Origin: Candidatus Xenobia bacterium
Lineage (GTDB): Bacteria; Vulcanimicrobiota; Xenobia; Xenobiales; QWHO01
Direction of reading: 5' to 3'
Length of the DNA: 64,000 bases
Assembly: GCA_045863235.1 (NCBI GenBank)
Contig: BTUM01000035.1
Location: forward strand, 12,019-76,018
Shown: positions 1 to 9,520 of the stretch, in pieces
How the letters are laid out: each line of letters starts with the position of its first letter
How positions within the stretch are numbered: position 1 is the stretch's first letter
Translations under genes and position numbers: made by a program
Notes under the pieces: generated by a model
Databases searched by the model: none
Told to the model about the DNA's origin: nothing
The model's input: the letters and a program-made list of their open reading frames with translations, nothing else

Positions 1-377
1 TAGGTGCGGTTGTTGTACCTCGCATCGGAGTTGACCCGCCACCAGCCCGCGGGGAGAGCGTTTCCTGCCAGGTCGGTATCGTGGAAGGTGGCCTCATAAG
101 ACCAGCCGTTGCCGAACCCTTCCGCGGCGGAAAGCGCCGGGAGCATCAATCCATCGGCTGGCAGGCCGCCATCGTTGATCCACTGCAGGGCCTCGATCAC
201 TCCGGCCTCGCCCACCAGTGACCCCGTGGTTCGGAGTTTGAGCTGGGTGGTCGCCCTTGCCTCCATCGGGAGGAGGGTGAAGAACGCTACTGACAGCAGG
301 AACGTGAACATCATCACAAAGATGGCGAACAGCACCGAGCCTCGACGGCCCCAGAGCTTTCGGTGCATGAACTGCAT
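1..377 (-). CDS. PilX-like minor pilin, 5' part (runs off window edge)
   Basis: Not in the ORF track. Manual translation MQFMHRKLWGRRG|SVLFAIFVMMFTFLLSVAFF...GEAGVIEALQWI: basic leader, Gly, hydrophobic helix without Glu5, PilX-type 'EAG' motif. AAGGAG RBS upstream. Confidence 0.75.
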   Translation of the reverse strand, partial: MQFMHRKLWGRRGSVLFAIFVMMFTFLLSVAFFTLLPMEARATTQLKLRTTGSLVGEAGVIEALQWINDGGLPADGLMLPALSAAEGFGNGWSYEATFHDTDLAGNALPAGWWRVNSDARYNNRT

Positions 378-392
378 GGGATTGCTCCTTTG

Positions 393-968
393 CTACGGGT
401 CTGGGAGGGTTACCGAAGGCACGTGGGCGGCGGTCTCGAGCATATAGTCGATGGTCCGGAGCTGACTCCGGGCGCTCTTGACCTGGCCCTGGACTCGGAC
501 TTGAACCTGGACGGTCGAAGCTGCCGCCGCCGGGCGGGTAAAACTGAGGCCCGTGATGGTCCGCTCAGGAGTGGAGCGACCCAGCACGCGCGTGGTGGTC
601 GCCACATCTCCGTTGTAGAGCTCCAACAGGATGTCATTGTTGACCAGGCGCACCCGGTAGTTGTAGCCGATCGGGTTGGCCGGGTTGTAGGGGACCTGGT
701 TGTGATAGTCGCGGCCGGCGCTGAAGACCAGAGTCGAGCTCGTTCCGCCGGCCAGGGGGAAAGTCACGCTCTCGGCGCTGACCAACAGAGGAACGATCCG
801 CTCCAGATTCTCGCGAGCCGAGTGATACAGGGCGATGCGACCGTCTTGATGGCTGTAGGTGCTGATGGAGGCCATGAAAATCTGGATGGTGGCCAGCCCG
901 ATCATGGAGAGCAAGAGCGAGCTGACCAGAAGCTCGAGTACCGTGAACCCTCGTCTGCAATTGCTCAT
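393..968 (-). CDS. Type IV prepilin-like protein (PilW-like)
   Basis: Start reassigned to ATG 968: MSNCRRG|FTVLELLVSSLLL class III signal; ATGA overlap with the upstream pilin. Confidence 0.85.
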   Translation of the reverse strand: MSNCRRGFTVLELLVSSLLLSMIGLATIQIFMASISTYSHQDGRIALYHSARENLERIVPLLVSAESVTFPLAGGTSSTLVFSAGRDYHNQVPYNPANPIGYNYRVRLVNNDILLELYNGDVATTTRVLGRSTPERTITGLSFTRPAAAASTVQVQVRVQGQVKSARSQLRTIDYMLETAAHVPSVTLPDP

Positions 969-1426
969 GGGGCGGCCAGGTCGGTCGAGAAGCCGACCAG
1001 TTCGACAGTCTTTTCCGTCCCCGCGTCGGTGCGCCAAAAGACGCGAACCTTGATGCGAGCGATGTTGGCCTTGTACCCGGCCCCGATCCCCTGGGTGATC
1101 TCGACGTTGCGAGTGAAACCCGCGTCGTCCGGAGCCATGGTCAGGGGGGCTGCATTCAGTGCCTTGCGAGTGGCCGCGCTGGGATCGTTGAGGTTGCCGC
1201 TGGGGTCGACCCAGGCATAATTGTTGGTACGAATCATGTCCATGACCTGAGAGGCATAGCCCGTCGCGGTGGCGGTCTTCTGGGCCTGGGCGTTGGCGCG
1301 TACTCCATAGGCAAACGAACCCATCAAGCCCAGCAGGGCGATGGTCACGACCACGAGCATGATCAGGATCTCGACCAGGGAATACCCACGGCGCACCCGT
1401 CGGCAGATCTCGCAAGAGAGGATCAA
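965..1426 (-). CDS. Type IV prepilin-like protein (PilV-like)
   Basis: RRG|YSLVEILIMLVVV class III signal; GGAGGT RBS before TTG start. Confidence 0.85.
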   Translation of the reverse strand: MILSCEICRRVRRGYSLVEILIMLVVVTIALLGLMGSFAYGVRANAQAQKTATATGYASQVMDMIRTNNYAWVDPSGNLNDPSAATRKALNAAPLTMAPDDAGFTRNVEITQGIGAGYKANIARIKVRVFWRTDAGTEKTVELVGFSTDLAAP

Positions 1427-1656
1427 AGAGCACCTCCCGAAGTAGTTTACCAGGCAGATCCCTTGCTTTCAACCTGAGATACTCTTGGGTACCCTAAAGG
1501 TTCCAGTTTCTGTAGCTAGAGATGCCGCTTTTTGAATACGACGGGGCTGGCGCGGTGGATCTTGCGGTCTCGGCTCGACGCCCCTTCAGTTCCCGCCTCG
1601 GACAGGTCCGCCCAACTCCAGGATCTTCTGAAGAGCCGGACGAACCGCGTGCCTCG

Positions 1657-3345
1657 ATGACCGTTTCTCAGGCTGCTCTCGCCCTCGAGCAGGCCCTGGG
1701 TGATCCGTTCCGTGCTGACCACGGGCTGAGCTTCAGCGCGGCGGTGGCCCGCGACGAAGCCGAGGAGTTTCCTGGCGAGCTGGTGGATGCGTGCCTGGCT
1801 GCGGGCCTGCAGCGCTGGTTCGTGCCCGCCGAGCTCGGGGGCGAGCTGCGCCGGTATGCCGAGCCGGCCGCTCTCCTGCGCGTGGTGGCCCGTCGCGATC
1901 TGACCGCCGCCATCGCCCTGGGTCAATCCTTTCTCGGCTCGGCCCCCATCTGGATTGCGGGCTCGAGCCTGCAGCAAGAGCGGATGGCCGAGCTCTTGCT
2001 GTCCGGGGAGTGCTGCGCCCTGGCTTTGACCGAGGAAGCCCATGGGAGCGACATCCTGGCCAGCGAGCTCAGGGCCACTCCGGCCGGCGACGGATACGTC
2101 CTGGAGGGGGAGAAGTGGCTCATCAACAACGCCACCCGGGGCGCGGCCCTGACCCTGTTCGCGCGCACTGCTCCCGAGGGAGGACTCGATGGCTTCAGCC
2201 TGCTTATGCTGGACAAGGCCGCCCTTCCCGGCGACTGTTTCACGCAACTGGAACGCAAGAAGACCCTCGGCCTGCGGGGAGCCGACATCTCGGGAATCCG
2301 ACTCACCGGGGCCGGTCTGCCCGCTCAGGCTCTGGTCGGTCAGCTCGGGTCGGGCCTGGACTGTGTGCTGAAGGCGCTGCAGGTAACTCGCGCCGGCTGC
2401 GCTTCCTTCTCACTGGGCGCGGCCGACTCGGCCCTGCGCATCGTGCTCGATTTTGCCATGAGCCGCAGGCTCTACGGGGGAACCGTGCTGGACATTCCCC
2501 ACGCCCGGGCCTGCCTCAACGACGCCTTTGTCGACCTGCTCTGCTGCGACGTGCTGGCCATCCTGGCTCCCCGGCTGCTGCATCTCTTGCCGGAGCAGAT
2601 GAGCCTGATGTCGGCGGTCGTGAAAAGCCTGGTTCCAACCATGCTGGAGAGGGCCATTCGGGAGCTGGCGATGGTTTTGGGAGCCCGCCACTACCTGCGC
2701 GAGGGGCCGGCGGGCGGGGTGTTTCAAAAATTCCTGCGCGACGCCGCCGTGGTCAGCCTGTTCGACGGCAGCACAGCGGTCAACCTGGAGCTCATCGGCC
2801 TCCAGTTGCCGCGCCTTTGTGATCGGCGGCTCCGGTGCGATCCGGCCCCCCTGGCCAGCCTCTTCGGGGTGGACCAGCCCCTGCCCGACTTCGATCCGGG
2901 CCGACTGGCCCTGCTCAACCGGGGTCGAGATGCCGTGGTTCAGGGCCTTCCCCAGGCCGAGCGGGGGCTGGCGTGCCTTCCCTCCAGCGAGCTCGTCCGC
3001 GAGTTGCAGGCCCAGGTCGGCACCATCGTCCGCGCTCTGGAGGAGCTGGAGGCGGAGCTGGCCGAGCGCCCGGCCAAACGCAGCTGGGAGCTGCTGGAGC
3101 TTTCGCGTCGATACGGCCTCCTGTACACCGCCTGCGCTGTCTTGCAGCTCTGGCTGCACAGCCGCCAGGCCGTGAACGAGTTCTTTGAGAAAGGGGAGTG
3201 GGTGGCCCTGTGCCTGCATCGGCTGCTCGGCAAGACCCCGGCGCGCCATCCGCTCGAGTTTGCCGGGGAAGCTCGGATGCTGGAGTTGTATCGCGACAAT
3301 CGCCTGTTCTCGCTGCTCGACTTCGCCCTGGCGGAGAGGGAGTGA
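1657..3345 (+). CDS. Acyl-CoA/acyl-ACP dehydrogenase family protein
   Basis: ALALTEEAHGSD, LEGEKWLINN, LGLRGAD, LFDGSTAVN motifs. Start probably ATG 1657 (ORF track 1522). Confidence 0.85.
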   Translation: MTVSQAALALEQALGDPFRADHGLSFSAAVARDEAEEFPGELVDACLAAGLQRWFVPAELGGELRRYAEPAALLRVVARRDLTAAIALGQSFLGSAPIWIAGSSLQQERMAELLLSGECCALALTEEAHGSDILASELRATPAGDGYVLEGEKWLINNATRGAALTLFARTAPEGGLDGFSLLMLDKAALPGDCFTQLERKKTLGLRGADISGIRLTGAGLPAQALVGQLGSGLDCVLKALQVTRAGCASFSLGAADSALRIVLDFAMSRRLYGGTVLDIPHARACLNDAFVDLLCCDVLAILAPRLLHLLPEQMSLMSAVVKSLVPTMLERAIRELAMVLGARHYLREGPAGGVFQKFLRDAAVVSLFDGSTAVNLELIGLQLPRLCDRRLRCDPAPLASLFGVDQPLPDFDPGRLALLNRGRDAVVQGLPQAERGLACLPSSELVRELQAQVGTIVRALEELEAELAERPAKRSWELLELSRRYGLLYTACAVLQLWLHSRQAVNEFFEKGEWVALCLHRLLGKTPARHPLEFAGEARMLELYRDNRLFSLLDFALAERE

Positions 3346-3346
3346 C

Positions 3347-4609
3347 GTGTTTCCGCTCCCGCTGACGGCCTTCGAAGAGCTCATGGTGCGCGACCGGGCC
3401 TTCCCCATGGATATCTGGATCGAGCTCTGCTTCCGTGACCGGCTCTCCGTTCCGGCCCTGGAGGAAGCCCTGGAGGTCCTGGCCAGTCGCCATCCCCTGC
3501 TGGTGGCCGGGGTGGAGAAGATTGGCGGGCGTTTTTGCTGGGTGCCGTCTGCCAGCGCCATCCCATTGGTCCGTGTCGCCGGTGGGGCCTGGCAGCCCGA
3601 GCCGGTTCTTCCCGAAGCCGGGGGAGGGGTCCGGTTCTACCTGGTGGAGCGGAGCGGAGAGTGCTCGCTCTTTCTGCAGGTCCATCACGCATGCTGTGAC
3701 GGCGCAGCCATCCGGGTCGTCTTGTTGGACCTGGTCACGCTCTACGCTCGCTTGACGGATCCGCAAGGACCCTGGCCCGAGCTCACGCGCCTGGAGCCAG
3801 CTCTCCTGCCCATGCGCGGCCGCATCCCCCCTCCACCTCCGATCAAGACTCCACGCAACGAGCTGTTGGAGCTGTTTCGCTTCCTTTTTCCCTGGCCTCA
3901 AGCGCTCTCCAGCCAGCCCGGCCCGGGTGGAGATCTGCCCTTCTCGCAAAGGGTCCTCTCTCGCGAGGAAACGGAGGCGGTGCTGCAGCGGGCCGCCCGT
4001 TCGGGCGGTCGATTCCACGAACAGGCCCTCTCCGACCTGTTCGCGGTTCTGGCCGACTGGCAGGTCGCCCACGGAAAGTCTCGGCCTGGCTCTCGTTTGC
4101 GCATCCTGATCCCGATGGACGTGCGCGAGCTGGTCGATCGGCGCCTGCCGGCCTGCAACCGGGTGACCTTCGCCTTCCTCACCCGACGATTGGATCAGTG
4201 CGGTCCCGATCTCTCCCAGGCACTCCGGGCCGAGCACGAGTACATTCGCGAGTATCGCACGGACCTGGATTTCTTGCGGGGGCTCGAGTTCGCTTGCGCC
4301 AAGCGGCTCTTGCCGCTCATTTTGCGGCTGCCCCTACCCTTGAGCAGCGCCGTGCTCACCAACCTGGGCGATGTGACCCCTCTGCGCGGCTTCCCCGTGG
4401 AGGAGCAGGGGCTGAGGATCGGCGACGCGATCTGCCTGCACGCCAGCGGAGCCACCGGCGTCAGACCTGGCACGATCGCCTCCTTCAGCCTTTGTCGCCT
4501 GGCCGGGAGACTCTCCATCGGGCTGCGCTGCGCGCGCCCAGCCCTGAGCCTGGATGCGGAGAACGCCCTGCTGGACGCGTTCAAAAGTCGGCTGCTGGGT
4601 CTTCACTGA
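3347..4609 (+). CDS. Stand-alone condensation-domain / CoA-dependent acyltransferase
   Basis: HHACCDG (HHxxxDG) motif, RHPLL, PMDVR, LTNLG; GTG start 1 nt after the upstream stop. Confidence 0.8.
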   Translation: MFPLPLTAFEELMVRDRAFPMDIWIELCFRDRLSVPALEEALEVLASRHPLLVAGVEKIGGRFCWVPSASAIPLVRVAGGAWQPEPVLPEAGGGVRFYLVERSGECSLFLQVHHACCDGAAIRVVLLDLVTLYARLTDPQGPWPELTRLEPALLPMRGRIPPPPPIKTPRNELLELFRFLFPWPQALSSQPGPGGDLPFSQRVLSREETEAVLQRAARSGGRFHEQALSDLFAVLADWQVAHGKSRPGSRLRILIPMDVRELVDRRLPACNRVTFAFLTRRLDQCGPDLSQALRAEHEYIREYRTDLDFLRGLEFACAKRLLPLILRLPLPLSSAVLTNLGDVTPLRGFPVEEQGLRIGDAICLHASGATGVRPGTIASFSLCRLAGRLSIGLRCARPALSLDAENALLDAFKSRLLGLH

Positions 4610-5882
4610 CCGCGCGGCGTCCCGCCTCGACGTCCACCCGGGTCAAGAGCCAGCCGCCCACCAGGAAGAAGGCATTCACGGCCAGCAGGGCCACTCGGGT
4701 GGAGCCGGTCCAGTCCACCAGCAGGGCGATGGTGGCCGGCCCGAGCAACCCGGCGAACTTCTCGCACACGCCAAAGAAGGCGAAAAACTCGGCCGTGCGC
4801 GCTTTGGGGATGAGACTGGCGAAGAGCGAGCGAGACAGGGCCTGACTGCCTCCCTGCACCAGGCCCACCATGGCTGCCAGCAGGTAGAAATCCTGGCTGG
4901 TTCGAACCCGAAAGGCGACCACGGTAACCACCACGTAGAGTGCCAGAGCTCCCAGCACGGCCCGCTTGGGCCCGGTCCAGCCGGCCAGCATTCCGAAGAG
5001 GAAGGTGCAGGGGATGCCCACCACCTGGGCCAGCAGGATGGCCCCGATAAGGGCGCCTCCGGGCAGGTTCAGCTCGCTGCCGAAGGTGGTGGCCATGCGG
5101 ATGATGGTGCCGATGCCGTCGTTGTAAATCATGAAGGCCAGCATCATGAGCCAGGCCTGGCGGTAGCGGCGCAGCTCGCGAAGGGTACCCCCAAGCTGAC
5201 TCAGGACCAGACCCAGGGAGGGTGGAGCGGGAGCTTGGGGGCGCGGTTCGCTCACCCGGCGGAACATCGGAACCGAGAACATGACCCACCACAGGGCCAC
5301 GCTCAGGAAGGTGAGCGAGGTCGCGGCCCCGGTGGAGGCCAGTCCAAACCACTGCGGATGGCTGATCCAGGTGAGATTGAGGGCCAGCAACAGTCCGCCC
5401 CCCAGATAGCCCAGGGCATAGCCTGCGGCCGAGACCCGGTCGACTTCCTCGGGCCGGGCTACGTGGGGGAGCAGCGCATCGTAGAAGACGAAGCTGAGCG
5501 AGGCGCCCAGGTTGGCCAGGATGAACAGCAGGCCGGCCAGCTGCCACTGTCCCGGGGAGAGCAGGGCCATGCCGGCGGTGGAGAGCACGGCCAGCCCCAT
5601 GAACCCGGCCAGGAGCCGCTTGCGCAGGCCACAGGCGTCGGCCAGTGCCCCCAGGAACGGGGACAGTACGGCTGCCAGGCCCATCGAGATGGTGGTGGTC
5701 AGGGCAAAGAGCACCACCGACCGGGTCGGCTCCAGTCCCTGGCAGGCCACTTTCTGAAAGAAGATGGGGAAGACGGCCGTCACCACCACCGTCACGAAGG
5801 CCGAGTTGGCCCAGTCGTAGAGAGCCCAGGCGCGAAGCTCGGGGCGCTCGAGGCCCAACCGATCCAGCCAGCCGGCAGGCAT
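4581..5882 (-). CDS. MFS transporter (UMF1/ATG22-like)
   Basis: WALYDWANSAF, YNDG, QALSRSLFASLIP motifs; about 12 TM helices. Confidence 0.85.
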   Translation of the reverse strand: MPAGWLDRLGLERPELRAWALYDWANSAFVTVVVTAVFPIFFQKVACQGLEPTRSVVLFALTTTISMGLAAVLSPFLGALADACGLRKRLLAGFMGLAVLSTAGMALLSPGQWQLAGLLFILANLGASLSFVFYDALLPHVARPEEVDRVSAAGYALGYLGGGLLLALNLTWISHPQWFGLASTGAATSLTFLSVALWWVMFSVPMFRRVSEPRPQAPAPPSLGLVLSQLGGTLRELRRYRQAWLMMLAFMIYNDGIGTIIRMATTFGSELNLPGGALIGAILLAQVVGIPCTFLFGMLAGWTGPKRAVLGALALYVVVTVVAFRVRTSQDFYLLAAMVGLVQGGSQALSRSLFASLIPKARTAEFFAFFGVCEKFAGLLGPATIALLVDWTGSTRVALLAVNAFFLVGGWLLTRVDVEAGRRAVSEDPAADF

Positions 5883-5922
5883 CCCGGCCGGTTCGTGCCC
5901 GGATCTCGGGCCGCCTGCCACC

Positions 5923-6759
5923 CTAAGGTCCCGAGCGGCCGGTCGCAAGCTCCGGCCTGCAATTGGCCGGCTCCCCTCCCTGCTCGAGAGCCCAGCGCGA
6001 GAGACGCTGCAGGGCCTCAGCAGGAGGCAGGTCGGCGCTCAGGGCGAGCGGCTGTTGCAGCCTAACGGTCACGGTCACTCTTGGATAATGGTTCATCGGG
6101 GCCACCAGATCGATGATCCGGTAAGGAACGGTGCCCAGGTCGGCCACACCGGACTCGTTGACAGGGGCCTGCTCGATCCGGGCCCCCCAATCGGCCTGGC
6201 GCAGAGGATTGTAGAGCCCCCCCTTGTCCACCAGCTGTTTGGTGACCTGTTTCCCACCAGGAAACTCCACCACCGCTTTCACCCCCGCCATACTGAAGGG
6301 AACTGCTCCCCGGTCGCTGAGCTCATGGGCCAGGTCGATCTCCAGCGCCGCCACGCCCTTGACGGCCTTCTTCCCGGAGGACGTCCGCTTCCCGTAGAGC
6401 CCATCCCCGTAGCCGTAGGTAGAGGCCTGTCCGGTCACCCGGATGGAGTTGATTGTCCACGCCTTGCGCTGGAGCTGGGGCGGGACTTCGACCTGGGCCC
6501 GCCGGGCCAGCTCAAGGCTGGTGCGCCACTGATGGGCGGCGTCAAACGGCCCGTTCGAGCTGGCTGGAATGGTGAAGGTCCCGCTCTGTCCGGGTATCTG
6601 GTAGGCTACGCCGGGTGCGATGCACCGGGGGTGAGCGAGCAGATCCAGCACGTCGTGGGTTGGCTCGGGCCCGAGCTCGTGCGTGGCGGACAGCGCCGGC
6701 TGGCCGACGACCAGCACGCCGGCCAGCACGGTCATGGTTTTGCTCGGCAGTGGCTGCAT
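5923..6759 (-). CDS. Exported protein with RlpA-like double-psi beta-barrel (putative lytic transglycosylase/expansin-like)
   Basis: GQASTYG..GKRTSSG, LVDKGG and RIIDL resemble the RlpA motifs GxASxY, VNDRGP, RIIDL; hydrophobic N-terminus. Confidence 0.55.
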   Translation of the reverse strand: MQPLPSKTMTVLAGVLVVGQPALSATHELGPEPTHDVLDLLAHPRCIAPGVAYQIPGQSGTFTIPASSNGPFDAAHQWRTSLELARRAQVEVPPQLQRKAWTINSIRVTGQASTYGYGDGLYGKRTSSGKKAVKGVAALEIDLAHELSDRGAVPFSMAGVKAVVEFPGGKQVTKQLVDKGGLYNPLRQADWGARIEQAPVNESGVADLGTVPYRIIDLVAPMNHYPRVTVTVRLQQPLALSADLPPAEALQRLSRWALEQGGEPANCRPELATGRSGP

Positions 6760-6844
6760 GACCTCGAGCTTAGCCTGGGGGCCTTAAAAAAGGCTCAGGG
6801 TTGGGGAAGCTCGCTCAACTCCCCAGGAAATTGAGCGTCTCGAG

Positions 6845-6951
6845 GCTACACTCCCGCGCGTCGACCTGTTCATTGGAACGCGCGGGAGTGTAGACAATCT
6901 GTTGAACGGCGCCGCGCCAATTCCTGAAGTGTTCAACGCGCGGCGCCTTAG
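6845..6951. repeat. Structured dispersed intergenic element, copy 1
   Basis: Near-identical to 39751-39849; perfect 16-bp inverted repeat 6846-6861/6878-6893. Confidence 0.85.
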
Positions 6952-7057
6952 TGCCACTCCGCTCGATCAGAAGGTGAACTCCAGCGCACAGACCAGAGTT
7001 CGAGTGTATTCCTGCGTGCTCCAGGCATTTTTCAGCCCCGAGCGGTAGACTCGGGTC

Positions 7058-8242
7058 ATGAACATCCAGGCCTTCCACGCCGCCATGATGCGCCCCACGC
7101 CCGCCTCAGCCAGCCACGTGGCGGCCGGCGAGAGCCGAGCGCTGGACGAGTATCGCCCCACCGATCCGGTGGCAACTCCAGCCGAACTGCCTCGCTTCGC
7201 TCCTCAGGAGGGCATCGAGGCAATCGCAGCCAGGCTCGAAAAGAACTGGCAGGCGCGGCTGGGTGGGCAGGAGCGCTGCACCGTGGGCATCGTCGTGGAG
7301 CGCCGCTGGAAGCCAGAAGGCCAGCACGACGAGGTGCTGAACATCGCCGACGCGGTCATGGACGCAGGCGGGGTGCCCAGACTCCTCTACCTCGGGGCCG
7401 GCGAGCCCCCCGAGCAGATGCGGGGCCTGCACGCTCTGGCCGTACCGGGCGGGCGCGACATCGATCCTGCGAGCTACGGCGCCACAATGGGCCCGGGGAT
7501 GGATCCCAACGAGCCGGACAAAGCTTTCGACAACTTCGAGATGGCCTGCATCGGTCAGGCCTATCAGACCGGATTGCCCCTGTTGGGCCACTGCCGCGGC
7601 TTTCAGATCATGAACGTGACCGGTGGCGGGACCATGACCCAGGACATTCCCACCGAGTTCAAGACCCGCGAGGGATTCGGTTCGAGCTATGGCACTCGGG
7701 TCGATCACCGCCCCGAGGAGACCCGTCACGACTACGAGAAGCGCGTCGATCCGGTGCAACTGGTCGTGGTCGAGGAGGGTGCGAGGCTGGCTGGCCTGGT
7801 GGGGCTGCTCGAGTCGGTCAACTCCATCCACCACCAGTGCCTGGCCGCCATCAGCCCCCTGCTCGTTCCGGTGGTCTTCGCGCTGGACGGACTGGTGGAG
7901 GGGGTCGAGCGCAAGGGCATGCCCTGGCAGTCGGGTTACCAGTTCCACCCCGAGGCCTTGCGCTACACCGATGGACGCTATCAGGGGCTGTATCAGAACC
8001 TGGTCGACGACGCGGAGCGCTTCAAGAACGGTGAGCTGTTCGTGCCGGCCAGCCAGGTGGAGGTGCCCGAGGGCACCCCCGAAACGGCCTTTGCCCGCGA
8101 CTCCAGAGCCCAGCGCGATTGGCTCACGAAGCAAGCCAAGCAGCGCTTCGGCACCTCGCCCGATCAACTGATGCAGAGCCAGGTCGGGTTGGCCCACTTC
8201 GAGGGCCTGGCCGAAGAGTGGCGCCTGACTCATCCCAGGTAG
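7058..8242 (+). CDS. Peptidase C26 / gamma-glutamyl-GABA hydrolase family glutamine amidotransferase with N-terminal extension
   Basis: PGGRDIDP, LLGHCRGFQ (catalytic Cys), NSIHHQ, QFHPE (His-Glu). Confidence 0.85.
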   Translation: MNIQAFHAAMMRPTPASASHVAAGESRALDEYRPTDPVATPAELPRFAPQEGIEAIAARLEKNWQARLGGQERCTVGIVVERRWKPEGQHDEVLNIADAVMDAGGVPRLLYLGAGEPPEQMRGLHALAVPGGRDIDPASYGATMGPGMDPNEPDKAFDNFEMACIGQAYQTGLPLLGHCRGFQIMNVTGGGTMTQDIPTEFKTREGFGSSYGTRVDHRPEETRHDYEKRVDPVQLVVVEEGARLAGLVGLLESVNSIHHQCLAAISPLLVPVVFALDGLVEGVERKGMPWQSGYQFHPEALRYTDGRYQGLYQNLVDDAERFKNGELFVPASQVEVPEGTPETAFARDSRAQRDWLTKQAKQRFGTSPDQLMQSQVGLAHFEGLAEEWRLTHPR

Positions 8243-8246
8243 TCGA

Positions 8247-9050
8247 TCAGTTCCTCAGATAGACGGAGAAGGGGGCCTGGTGGGTGAACCGGCTGGCGTA
8301 GCCCGGGTCGGTGCCAATTCGGCTCTCCTTTCTTGCCTCCTCAATGGACATCGCTCGAACATCCACCAGCACCTCCACGGGCAGACCGCCCGGCGGGGGG
8401 GCTGAGAACGACTCAAAACCAAGCAAGAAGGTGGCCACGATCTTTTTCTCCCCCAGTCCAGCCTCAGCCATGGCCGACAGGTCGAACCCGTTGGGGCGGG
8501 TCAAATAGGGGGCGATGTTGTTGAGAAGGGTCTCCTCGGTCGTCTCATCGGTGGGCAGGGTGGGTGGGCCCGAGTCGATCACCTTGCGGACCAGGACCTT
8601 GTGGGGGCAGCGGTCATCGTATCCAGTGGGACCCGCTCCGCCAGCGCAGATCTGGCCAAACGTGTTGTTGTGGTTTTGGGGAACCACCAGGTAGTAGAGC
8701 ACGTTTCGCTGCCAGAACGGGGTTCCATCCTGCTTTCGCACCACCTGTCCCGTGGCCGGATCGATCGGTGACAGGAACCACAGGGCTTCCCCGTCTCTTC
8801 CCCCTCCCCCGAGGGAGTCGCCGACAAACGATCGGGATAAGGCGGAGGGACGAGTCAACACCAGGTCACGCTCGATTGCCACGCGAGCCTTGCGCAACTC
8901 TCGCATACAGGTGTCGATGCCACTGGTTCGGCGCAGGGTGCTCCTGGACTGGTTGAACAAGACCCCGGCCACCATGAGCAGGAGGGAGAAAATTCCGAAG
9001 ACCACCACCAGCTCGGTCAGGGAGTGGGCACCGGTTCGTTTAAGGGGCAT
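8247..9050 (-). CDS. PilW-like minor pilin (cassette B)
   Basis: MPLKRTGA|HSLTELVVVFGIF; close paralogue of 13583-14383; overlaps the upstream pilin stop. Confidence 0.8.
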   Translation of the reverse strand: MPLKRTGAHSLTELVVVFGIFSLLLMVAGVLFNQSRSTLRRTSGIDTCMRELRKARVAIERDLVLTRPSALSRSFVGDSLGGGGRDGEALWFLSPIDPATGQVVRKQDGTPFWQRNVLYYLVVPQNHNNTFGQICAGGAGPTGYDDRCPHKVLVRKVIDSGPPTLPTDETTEETLLNNIAPYLTRPNGFDLSAMAEAGLGEKKIVATFLLGFESFSAPPPGGLPVEVLVDVRAMSIEEARKESRIGTDPGYASRFTHQAPFSVYLRN

Positions 9051-9519
9051 GCTCCTCCACCAGCCTGCTGGCCTGCACCTCCATCTTTCCATAGCCCTGT
9101 CGGTTGCCGTTGTTGGACCGGGCTTCCCACCACCAGACGCGGATATCCACTTTCTTGACCCGATTGTTGGGAACAGCACCGCCCAGCGGGCCGCCAGCGG
9201 CGTCGAGAACGGTATTGGCGTAGATGACATACTCGTAGTTGACGCCCCCGATCGTCTCCTGGGTCGGACCCCGCCAGAGTCCGGCCGCTCCCCAGAACGA
9301 GGCGTTGGTGCCAGCGGGCAGGTCGTTGGCGACCTGATAGAGCGTGCGGTTCATGAGAGAATCGGATACCTGGGTGGCCGGTCCGAGCAGTGCGGACTTC
9401 TCGCTCGCGCGCAGGCTGGAGATGGTCGTGCCCACCAGGGCCAGCAAGATCATGGTCAACAAAGCCAGCGCCAGCACGCACTCAGCCAGGGTGAAGGCCG
9501 ACCTCGAGGCCCGACCCAT
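9040..9519 (-). CDS. PilV-like minor pilin (cassette B)
   Basis: RSA|FTLAECVLALALL; paralogue of 14380-14853. Confidence 0.85.
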   Translation of the reverse strand: MGRASRSAFTLAECVLALALLTMILLALVGTTISSLRASEKSALLGPATQVSDSLMNRTLYQVANDLPAGTNASFWGAAGLWRGPTQETIGGVNYEYVIYANTVLDAAGGPLGGAVPNNRVKKVDIRVWWWEARSNNGNRQGYGKMEVQASRLVEEHAP

Positions 9520-9520
9520 C

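Noticed and set aside
6901..6947. HDV-like ribozyme
   Set aside because: Interleaved pairing is present but there is no room for P1.1/P4/J4-2 and P3 is imperfect.
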